A DNA stretch of 62,123 bases, the filler included, from Choristocarpus tenellus KU-1152 (lineage: Eukaryota; Protista; Phaeophyceae): assembly GCA_964200185.2 (NCBI GenBank). It is 9 parts of 9 records of this genome, joined end to end, with 100 filler letters (N's around TTAATTAATTAA, not from the genome) between each part and the next. Parts side by side here need not be neighbours in the genome. Positions count along the whole stretch, not along the records: positions 47,449 to 55,006 come from CAXNAD020005964.1; positions 55,107 to 59,152 come from CAXNAD020016501.1; positions 59,253 to 62,123 come from CAXNAD020024051.1; 6 more parts are not named here. The stretch is one strand, 5' to 3'. Within the stretch, counting starts at the first letter, position 1, and each line of letters opens with the position of its first letter. This document shows positions 53,193 to 62,123 of the stretch, piece after piece. Position numbers and translations under genes: made by a program. The notes under the pieces were generated by a model, which saw only the letters and a program-made list of their open reading frames with translations, made no database searches and was not told the origin of the DNA.

Positions 53193-55401
53193 AAGGAAGG
53201 GAGAAGGGTTAGACTTTGCTTTCGGGTTAGTGTAGTGTTTCTTTGATATCATGTGTCGGCGGATTCTGGATGTGTACACAAAGGGTTATTGGTCAAGGTC
53301 CATTGTCGTACGTTTTGCTGGAAGTATCTTAATATATACTTCCCTTGATTCGGGTTTAGGGTTAGTGGATTGATTTAATCCTGATGAGCTAGGGTTGGTT
53401 TGGCGTAAGTAGCGTCGACGACGGCACTGGTACGCAATTCAGGTAAGACGCATTGTAGATTTTAGGTTGCCACGGGATGCAGATGGGCTCAATGTAAGCG
53501 TTAAGGTAAGGTTATGGTTAGTGTTGGTGTGAGGGGGTGGCGATCCAGACCATTCATCGAGTTCATGGTACGTATTTGGGGTAGGCTCAGGGTTGGTGTT
53601 GTGCTTAGGAGCATTGGGCGTGGACTTCGGGACATGTTCCTCCAAGACTTGAAAGAAGACGAGATCAGTCCTCGTTTGTTGACACTTCCACAAAGCATGA
53701 GATAGTGAATAGAGTATTGAGAAGTAGGGGCGAGCTAGGTAGTAGGGTTCAGAGAATAATTAGTGGCTGGTAAGAACACAATGTATCCATCGCAGGCCTT
53801 GGCGAATTGCTTGGAAACTTAGTCGAAAAGATGGAGAAGAGTTGTTTGAAAAGTTCTATAGATTTTAGTAGTCTGAACCTTGGATTGGACACGCTCTGTA
53901 AAAACGAATAAGAACACAGGTCTAATCCTCAAGATGATTATCATATATGGTACACTGACACCTCTGACTGGTAGCAATGTATCCGATACCACTGTGTAAT
54001 GCATAACCCATCGGATGGAAACTACATGAACATGGTAGTCGGACACCAAGGCAAGGTACACTGATGCACGAATCAGACGCAAGTAACTTGACCCGTACAT
54101 CAACAAAAACTGAAACGACTGAAGCCCTATTTCAATTGGTGGGCGGATTAGAAATGGCATTCCTCACCCTTTCCCCACCTCTCTACAAGCTTTGGGTATG
54201 CCTTGGTTATAAGGTGCCAGAGATTTAGGGGCGTGGAGTGCCTGTCGTTCCATGGTTCAGACTTCACGAGGCTCATGAAGAAGACCTTCCTTTAACGGAG
54301 TGCTTCCACATGCTCGGGACACAACGTGCTGCTGGGCTTCCCTCCACGACCGCTGATTCTTAGCTGTGTGATCTCGTGGACGTAGCAATCATCCCCGAAT
54401 ACAAGATTTTTGGCCGCTCTACCGACTTTTACGAGCCTGAACCCATGGTCGTATATGACTTGGGTATCGATTTGAGTCTGTACTCGGTACTACGAAGAAG
54501 CAGGTTTTGTTGCCTATCGTAGGAGCTCAGTAACGCATGCCTCCTTGAAGACTTCGGTGATCCCCACGATGCATGCATCGCCAGAGTCGATCGGGTACTG
54601 TGTGATGCAGTCGTCATCACCATGCACGGACGTTTCGTCGTCATCCTCATGCCCCGTAGTAGATGGCGCTGCAGTTTCCGCGTATCTGCCCTTTCTGGCA
54701 GAAACGAAGATGTCCGCAAAAATGCTAGGTTCTAAATCACGTCCGTCATTCCCACAAGGCTGTTTGAACGGTCTGATCCGTCAGGCACCTTCTCCCAACT
54801 TCTTCTTCCCAATGACCGTCGTTTTGGCCTTCCCTTTACCTTTTGTGGAAGGCTTGATGATTTCAATTCAACCCTTGGTGTTGCTGACTCGGCATGAGCT
54901 GAGTCCCCACTTCGCTCCATAGTATCGTCATTCCTGTTCCCTCTGTTGAAACCTGAATCGAATGCATTGTATATGATACATAGACTACGAAGGAAGAGGA
55001 ATCATGNNNNNNNNNNNNNNNNNNNNNNNNNNNNNNNNNNNNNNNNNNNNTTAATTAATTAANNNNNNNNNNNNNNNNNNNNNNNNNNNNNNNNNNNNNN
55101 NNNNNNGGGGGGGGGGGCACATCCAGTGGCTGCCCCTAACCTACATCATTTACATTTCCAGAAGTCCACAAATGGCATGCAATAACTGCAATACCAAACA
55201 TTCACTATTTAATATACTTGCACTTCAAAATGGTTCTCAAACCCTGTCTACCACATGACAGAACCAAAACAGGAAGTTCTACAAAGAACACTACACATCA
55301 AACAGCAGAGCATTCACAAGAAACCGCACCATTCCCGAATCATCCTCCCCAATCATACACAAAAAAAAACAGCGACAAGAAGAGGGTTACACTGAACCAA
55401 C

Positions 55402-58400
55402 CTGCACAGCATTCTTGTTGAGAGTGATGTGAACCGCATCACAGATCTTCTCCATCTTGGATCCAGTCAATGCCATTGGGCGAAGGTCCCTTTCAAAACA
55501 ATCAAAACAAGAGATGAAAAGAATCAACTCTTACTATCATTACCATTAAAATCATTAGTCAACGAGGAAGAGAAACACTACATGATTCCTTCAAAAAGTG
55601 CAAGACGATGGGACACAAAGCAAGAGTGGACACCATCTATCAATGATACAAACATCCTGTGACACAGATGCCTAACTCTTAAAACGTTGTCGGGCAGAGA
55701 GCTTGGAAACGTGAATGTGTACGCCCCTTCCCCCTAGTGTAAAAAAAAACTGCTGCCCCATTTTGTACTGTGTCCTATCCTCTCATTGTGTGACTCTAGC
55801 TTCAACAAACATGTTACAAATTAAAATAACCACCCTCCAAACCAACCCACTCTTTGAGAGTGTAGTCATTTACCACACAGGTCACAGCAACCGCAACAAC
55901 CACTCTAACCCTTACATCTAAACTCAACACACACACACCTATGATATGGCATTGTTGCTGCCCCACCCCCACAGAAAACAAAACAAACAAAACATCTGTT
56001 TACTATGGTTAATGCCACGGTTTTTATCTCCTCACCAAAGAAGCAAATGGTTTTCGGTACCCCCGGTGGAGATTGTGTACCCCCTGGACACCAGCTCATC
56101 AGCACAGGCAGATGCGTTTTTCTTCACCTGAACAAGGCGTATTCACGACACATATTTTACTTCAACAGTGAAACTAGTGTGGAAGGCCACTTCCACTCAG
56201 AAAGGTAGGTAGCAAACAGTTGTTAAAACTGCAGCAGCCATGAGCAGCACAATTAATCCACAGTCTAGCCTCAATTCCACAAAAAAATGTTCAACTTTCA
56301 CATCAGACAGTACCTTGTTGAAACCTTCAGACTTCCATCCAACACCTCCAATTCATCTAAACCACATGCTGTTGACACTACCCCCCTCCATTGCCACCAG
56401 TTTTACACATATCCTCTCCCAATCAAAATTCAAACCTCTGCATGACTGAACCAATCAGAATTCTTCTCCCCCCCCCCAAAAATAAAAAAACTGTTGAGGC
56501 ATCAACATCCCGATGACATTTCCAAGGATAAAAGGGTTACATCTCACAAATCAAACAGGTCAAACCTAGAGTTCTCAAGAAGCTCAAAGTATCTGGGGGG
56601 TGGTGGCTGTCCATTCAGGGCCCATTTTTCCGTTTCGCCATTTTTGTGTGATTTGGTTGTATACATCGGATGGATAATGAAAAAACACTTCTCTTGGTCA
56701 GGGTCCAAAAGGACACCCTAATGTAGATTCTCCTCCCCCAACACCAGATACTTTGAGCCAATCATAAACAACATATAGTTGGCACATGCAACCAGCGAAG
56801 TGCGTCACCACACCTGTACAATATATTCCTTGAATTCAGGTGTCATACACTCCTTCAGTTGAGTAGCAATCCCAGCAATCTGGTGCTCATGAGGGCCTCC
56901 CTGTAGTGCTGGGAACACTGCATTGTTTATCTTTGGAGAAAAGTTACGATCATCCTGCACAATTTTCCATCAAGACGCATCAACAGGTTTGGAGTTGGTA
57001 GGGTTGAGACACAGCAGTTGTGTTTTCCATGAAAAATCAAACATCAAACATCAAACATGGGGCATGTGCCGTCAAGATATCACAAGACCAGTGATTTTAA
57101 ATACAAGAACCATGTAACTTGACAGACCAGCAGACACTTAACAGGAAATATTCGGAATTCAACAAATAAAATTCTGGAGGTTTTATGAATCGGTGTAATA
57201 TGTACACTATAACCTCTACCAATAGAAGTGATTCTGCATATACACGTATACTGCCAATAGCTCTTCAATAATACTTCCATACCACCAACTAAATTGAAAC
57301 CCTATTCATAATGTTGCCCCACAAAACAAGGGACAAATGTACATTAACATTTTGCAAAATTTAAGTGATCCCTCCAGGCAGTCTCATGTTAGGGCTAAAC
57401 CCAAACGAAGTTGCGGGAAAGGATGAACACAAAAAACTGTACGTAACAGCTCAAAACAATAACTTATTGAGTGTTTTACACAAGAACAATGGAACAAGTC
57501 TGCATATAAAGATGAATCCTGGACAGCACTTTAGAAATACCTCTACATACAGGCAGACCCTCCCCCCCACAAGAAAAATGTTATCTACAGCACCATGAGT
57601 CATAGTCCTGCCCTAACCCTACCCTACAACGATAAGGTATTCTCATCCACAGGAAAAATTAAGACAAACCCCTTTTTCAGTTCTAACAAACACATGTAAA
57701 GCATGGCACAGCACAGCACCCTCATTTGGTTGGAATAATCAGATTAAATCACAGCATATATCAATTTATACATACATTTATATGTAAACAAAAAGTAGCC
57801 TTACCTTCTTGTAGAAGATCATTCCAGCACGAGGGCCCCGTAGAGACTTGTGAGTGGTGGTTGTCACAATATCGCAGTACTCAAACGGACTTGATGCTTC
57901 CTCTGTTGCCACCAGGCCAGAGATGTGTGCCATGTCACTGCAAAGGAATCAAGACGTTTTGTAGGGGTTGGCTAATGTTGATGCAAAAATCACTAAGGGA
58001 GGGGGATACAAAATCTTGATATATCACCGGGTCCTAGACCTGTCAACCACTTCTGAAATGCATTCATTGTCAAGTGGTTTTCTTGTTGGTGTATGTAGAC
58101 AGCAGGTTTAGGGTTAGGGTTAGAGAGAGAGAGAGGCAACAGTCCTGTGTCAACCATGCTTGAAACTAATTCAACCAAGAAAATTCTTGAGCCAAATCAT
58201 ATCCAAATTTATCCAATTGCTTTCCAACAGCCCCACATATTTTCCCTCAAGTTATCCTCCCTACCCAGCCAAGTTACTACTCATTATTATTACTTCGATG
58301 CACAGAAATGCAGCGTTTGAGAATCACCAAGACAAGATTAAATGGATGGCATGTTCAAACAGCAATCGATATCACTAATATACCAAAATGCCTATCACCA

Positions 58401-59023
58401 GTCTACAACTTCTACTCAACACCTATGAACATAGAATATCTCACCACAAAAGGAGAGCACCATTATCATCAGCGATCTTGCGGAACATGGCATAGTCCCA
58501 GTCACGTGGGTATGCCGAACCCCCGCAGATGATCATGGCGGGTTTGAACAGACCAGCCAGGCGGGCAAGGTCATCAAAGTCAATGAGACCAGTCTCTGGA
58601 TTTACCCTGTGCAGTAAACGAACCAAGGGAAGCAAAATATCAGTATTGAGAATGTAATGACATTTCCTGTTGCATGCAGTATCATTAATTTATTTGCTCC
58701 TTGTTCGACAAAGAGCCAACACGTAACCCACTTGGACATGCCTTCCAGGCGTTACGGGAATAAATATACTTGAGACTCAAAAAAATAAATCAGCCAACGG
58801 GGACAGGATTTTTTTTTCTTTATTGAAACAATGGATTTTGTACCTGTAGGGAAGGGACTCAAAGTAGACCGATGTGGCAGACACCGCCTTCCTAGTGTTT
58901 TCCTTCTTTGAGTATGTGTAGAAACCGTGGGTCAGGTGCCCGCCTGAAGGCAAGTCCAGACCCATGATGCGGTCATGTGGCTTCAAAAGAGCTGTGTACA
59001 CTGCAAAGTTTGCAGGGGACCCA
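55402..59023 (-). CDS. SHMT: Serine hydroxymethyltransferase, six internal exons
   Basis: Exons 59023-58844 ([27 protein letters not shown]), 58606-58445 ([11 protein letters not shown]), 57937-57805 ([30 protein letters not shown] lysine), 56954-56814 ([17 protein letters not shown]), 56127-56036 (GGTENHLLL), 55489-55402 ([19 protein letters not shown]). Confidence 0.96.
56581..56759. mobile_element. MITE family B in an SHMT intron
   Basis: AGCTCAAAGTATCTGGGGGG...CAGATACTTTGAGCC. Confidence 0.85.
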
Positions 59024-59252
59024 CTGCATAACCCACATCCAAAACATAAAGTAGTGGGGGGAGGGGGGGGGGGGGGGGGGAGTCGGGGCCCAAGGAACGG
59101 GGCAGGGGGAATTGATTAAAGGCCAGCATGAAGGAACAAAAAAAAAAAAAAANNNNNNNNNNNNNNNNNNNNNNNNNNNNNNNNNNNNNNNNNNNNTTAA
59201 TTAATTAANNNNNNNNNNNNNNNNNNNNNNNNNNNNNNNNNNNNNNNNNNNN

Positions 59253-59309
59253 CCAAGCCCCAAATGGACAAACAGGGCAAAACTCGTACCCTCTAAGGTA
59301 CTTTCACTC
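59253..59309. mobile_element. MITE family A end at contig start
   Basis: AAATGGACAAACAGGGCAAAACTCGTACCCTCTAAGGTACTTTCACTC. Confidence 0.8.
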
Positions 59310-59427
59310 AGAGCCGAACCTTCAGCGTACAACAGATGTCACGGAATGACTGAGCAAAATCACAGCAGGGAAATGGATCAGTCAGAATCGCAATGGATCT
59401 TCCTTCTGACAGTCCTTCTAACTGTTT

Positions 59428-59699
59428 GAGTCTCAAAGTATCTTAGAGGGTAGAGGCGGGTCCGTTTGGGGCCAAAATCGAATGTTGCGATTTTGATCTA
59501 ATTTTGGACATCATGTTTGTTAGGAAGTGTCAATATCCTTGTTCCGGACACACCTTTTCATAACGTATACATTTTACCTACTCCTAAACATATTGGAGTA
59601 GGAAAATGTCATAAAAAAACCGTGGGAAGCCAATCCCCAAATGGACAAACGGGGTAAAACTCGTACCCTCTAACCCTAACCTCTAAGATACTTTTACTC
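59428..59699. mobile_element. MITE family A with telomeric insertion in right TIR
   Basis: Right end TACCCTCTAACCCTAACCTCTAAGATACTTTTACTC. Confidence 0.85.
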
Positions 59700-60099
59700 T
59701 TGATCAAATCTGGATCTTGTGTGTGGGTCTGGTTTTGTGGGGGCAAGTTCAATGACTGTGGTTGGCGCGCGTATATGTATATGGCTGCGCGCCACATTCA
59801 CAAAATGTGTGGAGGGGGGAGAATTTTTTTTGAAGGGGCCTGCCCCTGACAATCACATCAATTTGACGGATGCCAACCTCAAAGGAACTACACAGCAACA
59901 AACCATTAGAGGAAATAGGGAGGGGAGAAAAGCAAAGAAAACAAGAAAACAAGAAAACACCATGCAGAAAAACGAAATTCCAATATTTGACCTGAGGGAT
60001 ACTTGACATGGGTTTAGAGGGTCAAAAACGGACGCCGGCATCCCCCCCCCAGATACTTTGACCCAGGACCTCCAAGTCCGATGTTAAGATGATAACAAT

Positions 60100-62090
60100 T
60101 ACAAACAATAGAAATTATCGGCCTGGTGCCTGCGCAGTGTGGAGGCCTCGTCTTGGTACTACGAGGATCCATCTTTCAGGTATGTCCTTAAACAGCAGAT
60201 TATTTGCTCAGTTGTATGGATTATTTGATTTATTATTCTCCCACATGGGAAGGACACTTGCACCTACCAAAGCAGCAGTTCAAAGCTCGAACAATGTAAT
60301 TAACCCTGAGACTGCCAGAGATTCAATTGGGACTAAAGAAGTCCGTTATTTTTTGGCATATTTTGCTATCTGAAGGGATTAATACCAGTGAAGATCGGCT
60401 TCATGCCAACAATGAATTAGCTATGCCCACCAATATCACAGAACTTCGATCTGTCCCAGGTATGGTAAAATATGTATTAAAATTAATACCCAACCTTGCC
60501 ACAGTCATCAAACCGTAAGTTCGTCTTACCAAGAAAGGCATCAGTAAAGCAATACTAAATAATGGGGAATGGACCAGGAAGTGGCGTTCTTCATAGTGAA
60601 ACGATTACTCCCACTGCAGTCCCTGTTCTCGTCTTTTCCTACTTCACCAAGAGTTCTTCCTCCAATTTGGTGCCTGTAGAGTACGGTACTAGAGGTTTTG
60701 TAGCACAACCTCGAGCAAATAATCCTCCTGATCAAGGTAACATTCCTTCAAGAAATTTGATGAAACTCAAATAATCAATCAACTACATTAAGAGGGTTTT
60801 ATGCAGTTGGTTGCTACCATTTTCGCATTACAGATCATGCGGCATTGTGTCACTTGTATAGAATGAAGGGTATCAGTAACATGCTTACTCGTTCGGCAAT
60901 TGCGCTTCAAGCTGATTATTTCACTGTCAAACGTAAGTCTAGTAAGCTAGATGTTATACCTGACACTCTACCTTGCATTTTCAAGTTTGAGGAACAGAAG
61001 AAACCTGTTGCTCCAATGCTGGCATCCATCTCTTATGTACCCAGTTGTAATCGTTCATGTACCACACGTGTTCAAAGGAACATGATATCTTCTTCTAACC
61101 TTGACCAAGCAACGCCCATCCGAAGTGATTTTGAACTATTCACTGGTTCCACTACCAAATTTCCTGCAGTGGAACCAGAGCAATTGCGTAAGTAACAAGA
61201 AGTCTAGTTTGGAGCATATTTCAGGTGTTCTACGTCTATGTCGTAATTTTTCCTTCGTAATAGCTACTGCATCACTTGTATTCAACAGACCATCTTGGTA
61301 AGAGGGGCACGTTAGAGAGACCAGTTGGTCGTTCCTCATTTGTTAGTTCGTCTTGTACGCCACCGTTGCCATGATGATGCATTTCCTGGAGGTCACCTAG
61401 GCTTTAAATGTACGTTCAACAAGTTTAGAGACTCGTATTGGTAGCCAACATTCATTGTTGTTGGTATATGGTTCTGTCATTGTCGAGCATGTTAAGCTCT
61501 TAAGACTGGTTACAACAAAGCTACTTTTTCCATTGGTCACATTCCCTTTCACAGACCATTTCAACATGTTGCTATTGATTTGATTAAATTACAAAACACG
61601 TTCCCCTGCTGTAAATGGTGCCATGCGCTCATGCATCTTGTCTGTAAGTGACCACCTCACCAATCTTGTTTTACTGTGCCCTGTTCCAAATAAAGAAATC
61701 GCAATAATGGCTCGTATGCTAATATAAAGTGTATTTTCATTTTTCGATACACTCCAATAAAGGTACCGACTCTGAAAAACAGTATAATTCCTGATTTTTT
61801 TCCAGTCTGTCTTTGCTTCAAGGAACCCCAAACCACTCCATATTACCACCAAAGAGATTCTTCATTAGAAAGAACATATGCTGCGTTGCATTCTATTCTA
61901 GCAATGCATATCTCCGTTGAAGATGAGCATCATTGCTACCTCGTACAGTTAGTCCATAGCATCTCTATCAGTGCAAAGTTTTTGTGACAACCGTTGGTAC
62001 GATCTTTGTTTTGTCTAATGCTGATTCAGGTGTTACTACTAATTAGTTTACGCAGTAAATCGAAAATAGTTTACAGCCTGCATTTGAGCT
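60100..62090 (+). pseudogene. Ty3/gypsy pol remnant (RT - RNase H - integrase)
   Basis: MPTNITELRSVPGMVKYVLKLIPNLATVIKP; TDHAALCHL..LTRSAIALQ..DVIPDTL; CHDDAFPGGHLGF..YW; PFQHVAIDL; multiple stops and frameshifts. Confidence 0.82.
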
Positions 62091-62123
62091 GGCACTTGGG
62101 TCAAAGTATCTGGGGGGGGGGTG

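Overview
Intron-rich eukaryotic genomic DNA, most consistent with a stramenopile (brown-alga-like, inferred from the SHMT, TrxR and BTB-TLDc-BTB sequences). It is not one locus. Nine contigs are joined by eight artificial 100-bp linkers (N44-TTAATTAATTAA-N44). Genes or gene fragments: a tandem double-SET (Rubisco-LSMT-like) methyltransferase; the first 3 exons of cytosolic-type malate dehydrogenase; the 5' part of a high-Mr thioredoxin reductase with a signal peptide and a Cys-less glutaredoxin-like N-terminal domain, head-to-head with an intronless BTB-TLDc-BTB gene; the last exon of a Ser/Thr kinase; 6 internal exons of SHMT; and probable final exons of an unknown protein. The rest is rich in transposable elements. 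Three related non-autonomous MITE families share a 14-bp terminus (G-R-S-Y-S-AAAGTATCT); families A and B show 3-bp TSDs, and B and C sit inside A copies. There is also a Stowaway-like foldback element and decayed mariner, copia, gypsy and possible Harbinger remnants. Most unusual signal: more than 15 short interstitial TTAGGG-type tracts, including three different telomeric insertions at the same TTAGAGGG motif in the same TIR of three MITE copies, suggesting telomerase-templated repair at element ends.
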